From assembly GCF_006345805.1 (NCBI RefSeq), contig NW_021832423.1:1-61658 (forward strand): DNA of 61,658 nucleotides, read 5' to 3'. The stretch comes from Octopus sinensis (taxonomy: Eukaryota). The notes under the pieces were generated by a model. The model ran no database searches, was not told where the DNA came from, and worked only from the letters and a program-made list of their open reading frames with translations. Shown here in pieces: positions 1-10,752 of this stretch; within the stretch, counting starts at the first letter, position 1; each line of letters opens with the position of its first letter. The translations under genes were made by a program, and so were the position numbers.

Positions 1-1
1 T

Positions 2-130
2 AGACCCAGGAAGACCTGGGTCGAGGTGGTGAAGCACGACCTTCGAACTCTAGGTCTCACCAAGGAAATGACCAGAGACCGAGACCTATGGAAGTATGCT
101 GTGCGTGAGAAGACCCGGCAAGACCAGTGA
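2..130 (+). mobile_element. C-terminal end of an RTE-clade LINE ORF (runs in from outside the window)
   Basis: Frame 2 reads RPRKTWVEVVKHDLRTLGLTKEMTRDRDLWKYAVREKTRQDQ* (TGA 128-130). This matches the (G)RPRKTW...DL......A.DR..W C-terminal signature of RTE/Bov-B-type reverse transcriptase proteins. Confidence 0.8.
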
Positions 131-175
131 GAACAATCAAAATCAAATCATATATCAGAAAGCAGGGTTAAGTGA

Positions 176-963
176 CCCATCTGTTCGTGTCCGCTGTCAG
201 CCTCGTCTGGCACCCGTGCCGGTGATACGTAAAAGCACCATTCGCTCATGGCCGTTTGCCAGCTCTGCCTGGCCCCATGTCGGTGGCACGTAAAAGCACC
301 ATCCGTTCGTGTTCGTTTCCAGCCTCGCCTGGCCCCGTGCCGGTGACACGTAAAAGCACCGTCTGTTCGTGGCCGTTGGCCAGCTCTGTCTGGCCCCGTG
401 TCGGTGGCACGTAAAAGCACCATCCGTTCGTGGCCGTTTGCCAGCTCTGTCTGGCCCCGTGTCGGTGGCACGTAAAAGCACCATCCGGCCGTGTCCGTTG
501 CCAGCCTCGGCTGGCCCCCGTGCCGGTGACACGTAAAAGCACCGTCCGCTTGTGGCCGTTTGCCAGCTCTGTCTGGCAACCGTGTCGGTGGCACGTAAAA
601 GCACCATCTGTTCGCATCCGTTGCCAGCCTCGGCTGGCCCCCGTGCCGGTGACACGTAAAAGCACCATCCGTTCGTGGCCGTTTGCCAGCTCTGTCTGGC
701 AACCGTGTCGGTGGCACGTAAAAGCACCATCCGTTCGCGTCCGTTGCCAGCCTCGGCTGGCCCCCGTGCCGGTGACATGTAAAAGCACCGTCCGTTCGTG
801 GCCGGTTGCCAGCTCTGTCTGGCCCCGTGTCGGTGGCACGTAAAAGCACCATCCGTTCGTGTCCGTTGCCAGCATCGCCTGGCCCCGTGCCGGTGACACG
901 TAAAAGCACCATCCGTTCGCCAGCTCTGTCTGGCACCTGTGCAGGTGGCACGTAAAAAACACC
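176..963 (+). repeat. ~60-bp minisatellite (13 units) within the RTE element 3' UTR
   Basis: The core (c)gtaaaagcacc recurs at about 231, 291, 351, 412, 473, 534, 596, 657, 719, 780, 841, 901 and 952. Two variant units largely alternate. Confidence 0.95.
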
Positions 964-1131
964 CACTACACTCGCGGAGTGGTTGGCGTTAGGAAGGGCA
1001 TCCAGCCATAGAAACACTGCCAGATCTGACTGGGCCTGACGAAGCCTTCCAGCTTCACAGACCCCAGTTGACCCGTCCAACCCATGCTAGCATGGAAAAC
1101 GGACGCTAAACGATGATGATGATGATGATGA
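964..1131 (+). mobile_element. RTE-type 3' tail ending in (GAT)n
   Basis: ggagtggttggcgttaggaagggcatccagc...ccaacccatgctagcatggaaaacggacgctaaacGATGATGAT. The same tail recurs about 10 times elsewhere in the window. Confidence 0.8.
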
Positions 1132-2085
1132 TATATACGCATACACATGTATATATATGTATAAATATATATATGCATATATATACATACATATAAGTAT
1201 ATATATATATATATATATATAAACACACACACACACATATACCTTATAATATTTCTGCTTGTCATTACGTTACTTTGCCTCTTGGTAATGCTTTCATGTG
1301 ATTAGTTGAATGAAAACCAGAGTACAAGAGGGAGAAAGAGAAAGGAGAAAAAGTAGATAAGGCAAACAGTGAGGGAGAAAGAAAAAGAGTGAGAGAGAGT
1401 AAAAGACAGAGAGTGAAAAAGAGGGAGAGAGAAGTGTCCATTACATGAGGTAGGGGAAACGTAATATTTATTACGTGGTGAAAAACGTTAGTTGAAGTTA
1501 GGGAAATAGAGGAGGCGAGCTAAAATTACAAGTTTAGCAGAGGGTGATGTTCTGCTGGTGAGGCTAAAGGTAGAGAGAAAGGAGTGAGAGGGAGAGGAGA
1601 GAGATGATGATGGCGGTGGTGGTGGTGGTGGTGATGATGGAGGTAGTGACTGAATAGTGGAAAATGTATTTTTTTAAAAGCTGAACTAATTCTTTTACAT
1701 CACCTATCATTTAATGCAAGCGCATAAGTGCAATTCTGTGAAATATTCATGCTTATTAACTTGGCAGACATGTGCAATTTAACTAAAGGTTGTATCATAT
1801 GTATTGCGAAATTTTTTTGCTTATGGGAAAAACAGAAAAATAAGTGCAAATATTTATTTTATGAGTGCTACGTATTAAGTTTATAAGATTGGGCATAAAG
1901 TATATAAAGTGTATTAACTAATCATCGTATTCCAGTTTCTTTCAGTTCCCAATGAACAGCAAATGAGAAACTGTTTTTCCATATAGACACAACACAGGCT
2001 ATACTTTCTGGATTTTTGGACAAAGTTTTCATAGATAACCCAATGAAATATTCATGGCTCCTGCTCATGCATATATATATATATA

Positions 2086-2300
2086 ACAGCTGATGACAGG
2101 TCAATACCTAGAGACTGCAGTCCATGCGTATCACTTAGGTTGACGAGGGAAGGATGACCTCCCTTTGCAAATACCTTAAGGGCACAGAAAGTGTGCCTAA
2201 AGCCAGCTGGAGGAGATGTTCTCCTGGGGCTACAAGCTACAGTAACACCCACCCTTAGTGGTTAGCCATATCGAGATGGCAAATAGACCCTACACAGCTA
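2086..2300 (+). ncRNA. 5'-truncated copy of hammerhead-bearing repeat family 1 (degenerate Type I hammerhead at 2090-2128)
   Basis: CTGATGA(2090)-caggt caat accta-GAGA(variant of GAAA)-ctgcag-TC. The downstream sequence is homologous to 6908-7070. Confidence 0.65.
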
Positions 2301-2624
2301 TTTTTGTAATATAACATTAACAAGCATTAACTCAGACATGCAGACAGATAGATGCACAGAGATAAATAAAATAGTTCTTACGGTATGGATAACATATGTA
2401 GTTGGTCTGAAAAAGATTAAAAAAATATACATTAATAACATATATATACACATATATAAATATGCAATATACCTACATATATACAATACATTATTACATG
2501 CACACACATATATTTAATTCTTGTACAAGAAGCTATGTCAATACTTTGATAGATGCAACAGGTCTATGATCAGAAGGTAACTGCAGTGATTTGGCATATA
2601 CGATTTCTGTAATGCTACAATGGT

Positions 2625-2965
2625 GAAGGCAAATGGCTCAGTGGTTAGAGCATTGGGCTTACAACTGAGGTTGTGAGTTCAGTTCCTGGAACGAGCTCTG
2701 TTGAGTTCTTTGAGCAAGACATTATATTTTCCCATCGTTTCAGTCCACTCAGCTGTAGGAATGATTTGTAATGTCACTGGTGCCAAGCTGTATCGGGCTT
2801 TGTCTTTCCCTTGGACAGCACTGGTGGCACGAAGAGGGGAGGCTGGTATGCATGAATTGAGTGCTGGTCTTCCTTAAAGAACCTTGCCCAGACATGTGCC
2901 TTGGAGATAAACTTTCCAGGTGCAATCCCATGGTCATTCATAATTGAAGGGAGTCTTTACCCTTT
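2625..2965 (+). mobile_element. tRNA-headed SINE (family D)
   Basis: A-box-like tggctcagtggttagagc and B-box-like gagttcagttcc, followed by a non-tRNA body ending tttaccct. Confidence 0.6.
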
Positions 2966-3129
2966 GAAACTAGAATGGAATATTGCTTTTACAGCTGGAA
3001 TGATGCTGATGTCATTGGAATGAAACCATTTGTTTGTGACTGTTTGGATATTCAACCAGTTTTGGTGGCAGTAGCTATTAGCACTGGAAGCAACCACACA
3101 CATACATACACACACATGTGTATACTCTT

Positions 3130-3330
3130 ACTCTTTACTCCTTTACTTGTTTCAGTCATTTGATTGCGACCATGCTGGAGCACCGCCCTTAGTTGAGCAA
3201 ATCGACCCTGGGACTTATTCTTTGTAAACCCAGTACTTATTCTATCGGTCTCTTTTGCCGAACCGCTAAGTGACGGGGATGTAAACACACCAGCATCAGT
3301 TGTCAAGCAATGCTAGGGGGACAAACACAG

Positions 3331-3387
<57 letters not shown>

Positions 3388-3555
3388 TACGACAGGCTTC
3401 TTTCAGTTTCTGTCTACCAAATCCACTCACAAGGCATTGGTTGGCCCGGGGCTATAGCAGAAGACACTTGCCCAAGATGCCACGCACTGGGACTGAATCC
3501 GGAACCATGTGGTTGGTAAGCAAGCTACTTACCACACAGTCACTCATGCGCCTCC
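3130..3555 (-). mobile_element. tRNA-headed SINE family B, full length
   Basis: Reverse complement of the head gagtggctgtgtggtaagtagcttgcttaccaaccacatggttccgg, an internal (TA)n/(TG)n tract, and the tail gcagtcaaatgactgaaacaagtaaa. Homologous to 18702-19100 and 40090-40510. Confidence 0.85.
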
Positions 3556-3964
3556 TGTATGCAGAGATATATACATATTCAGATGGAGGGAGAGAAGATA
3601 CGAGAGAGAGAGAGAGAGGGAGAAAGAGAAAGGGAGAAGAACATTACAATTCATTAGCTGAACACAACTGACATAAACCTTTTCTCTCTCCTCATCCACA
3701 TATAAGGAAATATGCTCTCACACATGCAGACAGAGTGAAGTGGGGGGGAGGGGAGAATGAGAATAACATTACAACAAGAGAAACATAAAAAAAACACCTG
3801 ATGTCAAATAAGTCAGCATCGAATCAGCACCACCAAATTAGCGGCACCGAAATGACTGTGCCAAAATGGTGTGCCAAAGTGGCTGTGCCGAAACGTGTCA
3901 TGCCCTGTGGCAGTTGCTACCCTAGAAGAATGTTGGACATTCCTCCCTGAACCAAGGAATCTGT

Positions 3965-4440
3965 CTTTTCATCTTTTATCGGTTTCGGTCATTAGACTGG
4001 CCATGCTGGGGCAAAACCTTGAAGAATTTTAAGTGGAATGAATCATTCTCAGTACTTGTCCAATTTTCTTTTTAAAGCCTGATATTCATTTTATTGGTCC
4101 TCTTTTGCTGAGCCGCTAAGTTACGGAGATGAAACACACCAACACTGGTTGTCAAGTAGTGGTAGGGGTCAAATACACACACAAGCACACATGCATACAC
4201 CTTCACACAAAACACATGTGCATGCACACACACGCAGATACACATGCTTGTACACACACACACTTATGCTCACTCACACACATATACAATGGTCTTTTAG
4301 TTTCCGTGTACCAAATCCACTCACAAGGGTTTGGTCAACCCTAGGCTATAAAAGAAGACACTTGCCCAAGGTGCCATGCAGTGGGACTGAACCTGGCATC
4401 ATGTGGTTGAGAAGCAAACTTCTGACCACACAACCATAAT
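3965..4440 (-). mobile_element. SINE family B, diverged copy
   Basis: Shares gctaagttacgg..aaacacaccaacactggttgtcaag and ccaaatccactcacaagg blocks with family B. Confidence 0.75.
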
Positions 4441-4489
4441 TGCCCCTATATGTTTCCCTTTTTTCTTTTTGTTTATTTATCATGTGCAG

Positions 4490-4655
4490 GCAAAACACTT
4501 CATTTCACGTTACTCCAGTCCACTCAGCTGACAAAAGTGAGTAACCCTGCGACAGACTAGCGTCCCATCCAGGTGGGGAGTTTATACGCCAAGGAAACGG
4601 GGAAACCGGCCCTTATGAGTCGGTATGACTCGAGAAGGTAACCTTTACATTTACT
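4490..4655 (+). mobile_element. SINE fragment with central domain aaccctgcgacagactagcgtcccatccagg
   Basis: The same domain occurs in reverse orientation at about 54625-54720. Confidence 0.5.
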
Positions 4656-5539
4656 TTACCACCACCACCACCACCACCAAAACTACCATCCCCACCACTA
4701 ACACCAACACCGCCACCACCACCGCCACTGACTACACCATCACTTGCAGCTAGTCACTACCACCCTACCATAACTACTACCACCCTCACCATAACCCCTT
4801 CTCATCACCACCACCACCACCACCACCGCTTACACACCACCATCACTACCACTTCCACCCTTACCCTCACCATCACTAACTGTTACCATATGGTAGAACT
4901 AGGCCCGACACACACACACATTTAAATACACAGTCTAAAAAGAGATAAAAAAAATGTCCAAAAAAAACAACAAAAAAAGAACTGGAAATACGATAAAGCA
5001 AAAAATAAAGAATAAAAGTTTGATTACGTAATGAATGAACGGAGATGATGACAACGTGCAAACATGTCATCCAACTGTTTTCGCTCCCTCCACACATCTA
5101 ACCGTCTGTACGCTCATCTGAACAATACAGCTAGTTGTTAGCGAGGACAGAGAGAGAACGAAATGTGTCATTTTTCAGTGTCTTGTGAACAAAGCACAAC
5201 CATAACGTAATGTCATTAATCCTCGGAACGAATCCGCCGCCGCAAAAGGCAGATGAATGAATGAGATATTATATACACTTTACGCCGCATCTCTCTTGCA
5301 CACACCGCATATTTGACGTGCTTCGGTTGGTTCCCTGCATTTGCTTACATAATCGACATGCTTGGCTAGTTAGCTGGCAGACACACGGTTCACACACACA
5401 CACACACACACCACACACAGACACACGTATGTATGTATGAATGTATGTATGATGATAATAATACATAGATGCTTTACGAATGATGCAGATGCCCCCCCCC
5501 TCCGTCTCCTCAGATTCCGTTTCATCTTTTATCTCTCTC

Positions 5540-5984
5540 TCTATATATATAAAATGTACATATACATACATACATATATATATATATACGCACATATATA
5601 CATATATATAAAATATATATATAAAATGTACATATACACACATATATACATATATATAAAATATATATATAAAATGTACATATACATACATATATACACA
5701 CACACATATACATATATATACACACATATATATATACATATATACACACACACATATATACATATATATACACACACATATATACATATATATACACACA
5801 CATATATACATGTATATACACACACATATATACATATATATATACACATACATATATATATATATATATATACACATACATATATACATATATATACACA
5901 TACATATATACATATATATACACATACATATATATATATACACATACATATATATATATACACACAACACACACATACACATAC

Positions 5985-6021
<37 letters not shown>

Positions 6022-6180
6022 TATATGTATTTAGAGAGTGTGTGTGAGTGATACAGAAATGTCAGTTATACACACACACACACACACATATATATATACA
6101 AACACACATACATATACACATATATACATTATATATATACATACATATATATACACACACACACACACCACACACACACA
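5540..6180. repeat. (TA)/(TACA)/(CA) compound microsatellite and minisatellite
   Basis: Directly visible low-complexity tract that generates the YI/CV-rich spurious ORFs. Confidence 0.95.
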
Positions 6181-6475
6181 GAAATATGAAATGCCTTTTA
6201 TATTTAGGGAAAAGAAAAATGCACAAATTAAGCACAGTTCAACAGAGAAGTTTCTATTGAAAGTCTTGTAGACATTTCCTTGTTTGTCAGAAAATGATCT
6301 CTTTTATCAGCGTCAGCTATCTATTCCTGCTAATCTGTTAGTATTTCTAATTTCAATTTCAGTTTCTTAGTTTGCTTTTCAACCTTTCAGGGTCGATAAG
6401 TACAGTACTAATCAAGAAATGGCATCACCTAGTCCCCACTCACCCCTTTTCGTGTTTTTTTTCATATTATTATTG

Positions 6476-6568
6476 CAAATACTGATAGGGCACAGAAAGT
6501 GTGTCTATGGCCAGCACCGACTTGGTGCTTCACTGAATCTCAATTATTTCTTTTATATATATATATAT

Positions 6569-6614
<46 letters not shown>

Positions 6615-7075
6615 CACAGGAAGTGAGTCAATAGCCAGCTGAAGGAGGTGTCCTCCTGGGGCTACAAACTACAGTAGCATCCGCCCTTAGGGGTTAGCCA
6701 TATTTAAATGGCAAATATACGTCACGGTGTGTTGTAGCTACTGTTTATAACTCGCTCTGAGATTTATTATTGCTTGTTTACACTTTTTCGATATCAGTGT
6801 CTATCGATACTGGAAAAAGGCAAAGTATTTGTGAAGGGAACCTACTTCTCATCGACAACTGTGATTGTCACACGCCAATGACAGGTCAATATCTAGAAAC
6901 TCGAGTCCGTGTGTATCATAAGTTGAAGACAGGAGGGATGGCTTCCCTTTACAAATACTGATAGGGCACAGAAAGTGTGTCTATGGCCAGCTGGAGGAGG
7001 TGTACTCCTGGGGCTACAAACTACAGTAGCATCCACCCTTAGGGGTTAGCCATATTTAAATGGCAAATATACGTC
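6476..7075 (+). mobile_element. Tandem ~352-bp structured repeat with a Type I hammerhead motif (retrozyme / Penelope-terminal-repeat-like, family 1)
   Basis: The block agggcacag...atatacgtca at 6611-6724 repeats at 6963-7075, with a third partial copy at 6476-6515. The unit contains the hammerhead motif at 6869-6913. Confidence 0.7.
6869..6913 (+). ncRNA. Minimal Type I hammerhead ribozyme motif (core mutated)
   Basis: Helix I cacacg/cgtgtg; core ccaatga (CTGATGA in the 2090 copy); helix II aggt/atct; GAAA; palindromic helix III ACTCGAGT; GUC cleavage triplet ending at 6907. Confidence 0.7.
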
Positions 7076-7134
7076 ATATTATTATTATTGTATTAAATCT
7101 CACAGCTTATATTGCTGGGTATGATGGTACACAT

Positions 7135-7360
7135 CTATTTCTTTATTACCCACAAGGGGCTAAACACAGAGAGGACAAACAAGGACAAACGGATTAAGTT
7201 GATTATATCGACCCCAGTGCGTAACTGGTACTTAATTTATCAACCCCGAAAAGATAAAAGGCAAAGTCGACCTCGGCGGAATTTGAACTCAGAACGTAAC
7301 TGCAGACAAAATACGGCTATGCATTTCGCCCGGCGCGCTAACATTTCTGCCAGCTCGCCT
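7135..7360 (-). mobile_element. SINE family A inserted in a LINE 3' UTR
   Basis: Reverse complement of ggcgagctggcagaaatgttagcgcgccgggcgaaatg...gagttcaaattccgccgaggtcgactttgcc...aaagaaata. Confidence 0.85.
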
Positions 7361-7399
7361 GTCCACAGCCAGCAGACTAAGGTGACATTTGTGTACTGG

Positions 7400-7690
7400 T
7401 CATGCTTCAAGAATCCTGCGAAAAATTCTTGCAGTTCCAAGTAATGCTGATTTTTGTAGGTGTTCTACCTTCACACATGCACCAATCTTTTTCAGCCGTC
7501 TCGGTAGTTGAGTGCTGATACTTCCAAGAGCACCAATTACTATTGGTATCACATCTACTCTCTTCATTGACCACAACCTTTGTATTTCCCATTTTAAATC
7601 TTTGTAGTTGTTTATTTTTTCTTCATTCACATTGATCCTGTTGTCACTGGGGCATGCTATGTTGATTATCATAAACGTTTTCTGTTTTTT
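7400..7690 (-). pseudogene. 5'-truncated RLE-type (R4/Dong-like) non-LTR retrotransposon C-terminal fragment
   Basis: IINIACPSDNRINVNEEKINNYKDLKWEIQRLW...VIPIVIGALG...LQKSALLGTARIFRRIL* matches the K..KY..L / PIVIGALG / LQK..LLGTA.ILR motifs of R4-clade restriction-like endonuclease tails. Confidence 0.8.
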
Positions 7691-7719
7691 ATTCCCCCCA
7701 AAATTATCATTATTATTAT

Positions 7720-8128
7720 TCAGTAATCTTATTTTATCATGTGCTTTCACTGCACTACGAAACTCAACTCTGTGTGCCTTGGGTATGTGATGTGGTTTGT
7801 TATGATACTCTTACTTTTACTGTATTGAAAGTGTGTTTTACGCAGGATGTGTTTGGTGCCCAGTAGTTCTATTTTCTGTATGTTATATATACTTGTTAAT
7901 CTTGGTGCTTTTATGTATGTGTCTGAATATTTTTTTATCATACCTAATATGCCTACAATGATAGGAATTGTTTAGACTCCACATTCGAGTTACCTCTATT
8001 TCCTGGTCTTTGTATTTTGAAAGTCTCTCCATTTCTTTTAGATAAATGTTGTCATCTGTTGATGTTGATACATTGATTAGAAAACATTTTTTCGTGATGA
8101 TCTCTGACAACTATATCCAGCATATTGG
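7720..8128 (-). pseudogene. Second, distinct R4/Dong-like LINE 3' fragment (frameshifted) with 3' UTR
   Basis: Across frames: CFLINVSTSTDDNIYLKEMERLSKYKDQEIEVTRMW / MIKKYSD...IQKIELLGTKHILRKT. Bounded on both sides by (TAA)n tracts. Confidence 0.75.
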
Positions 8129-8159
8129 CATTATTATTATTATTATTATTATTGTTATT

Positions 8160-8388
8160 AAGGTGGTGAGCTGGCAGAATCATTAGCACACAGAGTAAAA
8201 TGCTGAGTGGCATTTTGTTTGTCTTTACGTTCTGAGTTCATTCTACTGAGACTGACTTTGCATTTTATTCTTTCTGGGTCGATTAAATAAGTACCAGTTA
8301 TGCATTGGGATTGATGTAGTCGACTAATTCCTCCCACCAAATTTCAGGCCTTGTGCCTATAGTAGAAAGGATTATAATAATGATAATA

Positions 8389-8420
<32 letters not shown>

Positions 8421-8565
8421 CATCATTAAGGCAGTAAGGTGGCAGGTTCAGTGGCATTTCAAGTCTTTACATTTTGAGTTCAAATTCCACCAAGGTCATC
8501 TTTACATTTCATCCTTTTGGGGTCGGAAAAACAAGTCCCAGTTGAGCATTGGGGGTTGATGTAAT
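8160..8565 (+). mobile_element. Two diverged SINE family A copies separated by (ATT)n
   Basis: ggtggtgagctggcagaatcattagc at 8162, and a second gagttcaaattccaccaaggtc block at about 8475. Confidence 0.7.
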
Positions 8566-9065
8566 TTGAACCCACAACCTACAAGAAAGGTGGTCCAATA
8601 GCACTATCCATTCAGCAATGCCACACATCTGGAATAACAGGAACTGCCAACTATGAGCTGCCAGAGATTCACTAAAAACTCTGGCCCTTCGCCAAGTACA
8701 AAAGAGAGTAATGTTTACACAGTCTCTACTTTTACTGGTTCTTTACAACTCAAACAACCTTACTTAGCAACAGTTTGTAGTCACTTTTATTAAGAGCGAG
8801 GAAGAAGGAGATGGTTCCAAGCGCTTCTTAAATAACATATGAATAGCCTCTGAGGAAATCTAAAATTTAATGACTGTCGGAGTTAATTGTTTTGGACAAG
8901 ATATATATGTTTGTTGTATCAAATATACATTCGACCATTATTTAATTTGCATCTATAGATTATTTCTGGAAAACCAGATGTCTAAAAGAACAGAATTTCA
9001 CAACTACATTTTAATTTCACTTACTTGTACAACCACAAAAATAAACTGTTATTATAATCCTCATT

Positions 9066-9505
9066 CTGGTGGCATGCTAGCAGAATCGTTAGCACACTGG
9101 ACAAAAATGCTTAGAGGAATTTCGTCTGTCTTTTCATTCTGAGTTCAAATTCCACTTGGGTCAACTTCACCTTTCATCTTTTTCAGGGTCAATAAATTAA
9201 GTACCCGTTACGCACTGGGGTCAATGTAATCGACTTAATCCGTTTGTCTGTCCTTGTTTGTCCCCTCTATGTTTAGCTCCTTGTGGGCAATAAAAGAGAT
9301 AAGAATCGTTAGCACACTAGGCAAAATGCTTAGTGGCATTTCGTCTGTATTTATATTCCGAGTTCAAATTCCACTTGGGTCAACTTCGCCTTTCATCTTT
9401 TTCAGGGTCAATAAAAAATGTATCACTCAAGCACTGGGGTTGCTGTAATCGACTTCCCCCTCCCCTCAAAAGCTGTTGGCTCAGTGCCAAAATTTGAAAC
9501 TATTA
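9066..9505 (+). mobile_element. SINE family A, dimeric form
   Basis: The body agaatcgttagcacact...gagttcaaattccacttgggtcaactt occurs twice (about 9082 and 9302). Confidence 0.8.
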
Positions 9506-10245
9506 TTATTATCATCAAATTATAATGTGCAGCATTGTCTCTTACAAGGTGCAGATCTGTGCTTGCATGTTTCTTCCGAGTTGCTTTGTAATGAGGTTTA
9601 GGGTTTTTTTTTCTGTTGTTTTCAGTGTCATTTCAGCATTTAGTTTGCTTGTTGTAAAGAACATGTGAAACACAAGTCGGGTATGTTTCATAGGGTGGAT
9701 GATCACAACAGGAATGGCTTCAATCATAGATCTGATCGATATAGACCAGCTGTTCCAATACTGTTAAGAATTTGTTTCAATAGAATTTATGGAAAAAAAT
9801 ATTGAACAATTATCGAACAATTTTGTTTTCTCTCCTCATTCCAACCCACACAAGCCTGGAAAACAGACATTAAAGGATGATGATGATAATAATGTGTTGA
9901 TTTCTTTGTGTTTTTTGGGGTTTTTTTTTGCTTTTCTATTTGTTTTTCTGAAACACCTTCTAATTAACTGTTGCTAATTGTTATTAATTGCATTTATTTA
10001 AATCATTTAAATGCATTAGTAGGAATCACAGATATTGATTTAATAATTCAAACATGACAAAGAAAAAAAAAACACATAGCATTTGAAATGAACTGTCAAG
10101 TGAAGTAACTGGAAGCTCGCTACAAGGGGTGAGCGGACAGCAAGAAAAATCTTCAGAGGAAAGAATCCTCGTCAAACAAGCGGCCTGGCCCATTTGTTCT
10201 TGACTTTCTAAGGGAACCAAGCCTACTCCTAACTGTCCCTCCACT

Positions 10246-10278
<33 letters not shown>

Positions 10279-10519
10279 GCCTTTATTGGGGACTGAACTC
10301 AGAACCTTCAAATAATCTTCTTTCCCTTAACTGTGGTGTATACTGCTCAACCACAAAGATCACCAAAAGGACTTGCACTGTTGATCTATTTAAACCTGAG
10401 TCTTGCCTCCTCCTGCTCTTTGTTTAGCAGCTTGCCATATTCTATTTCAATTCTAGCAATTGCTTCTCTTTGCCCATAATCACACTGAGCTCTTCTCAGG
10501 TGTCTCTGACATGTATTTT

Positions 10520-10752
10520 ATTGTGCTGGTGCCACGTAGAAAGCACCTGTGCTGGAGCCACAAAAAAAAAAGCACCTGTGATGGTGCCACAAAAGAAGCA
10601 CTGCAAAGTGATTGGCATTAGGGGAGGGCATCCAGCTGTAGACACCATACCAATACAGGCAAATTGGAGTCTGATGCAGCTCTCCAGTCAAACCATCCAA
10701 CCCATGCCAGCATAGAAAAAGGGACGTTAAGTGATGATGATGATGGTGATGG
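10520..10752 (+). mobile_element. RTE-type 3' tail fragment
   Basis: ttggcattaggggagggcatccagctgtag...ccaacccatgccagcatag...(GAT)n. Confidence 0.7.

Noticed and set aside
176-963. CRISPR-like regular array
   Set aside because: The intervening sequences are homologous to each other (no unique spacers), the context is eukaryotic, and there are no cas genes.
148-1080. 310-aa and overlapping ORFs
   Set aside because: Translations of the 60-bp minisatellite in the antisense of a LINE 3' UTR; open in many frames, with no domain.
5269-6051. Long YI/CV/HT-rich ORFs (also 25.9, 30.0-31.2, 41.3-42.1 and 58.9-60.0 kb)
   Set aside because: Microsatellite translations.
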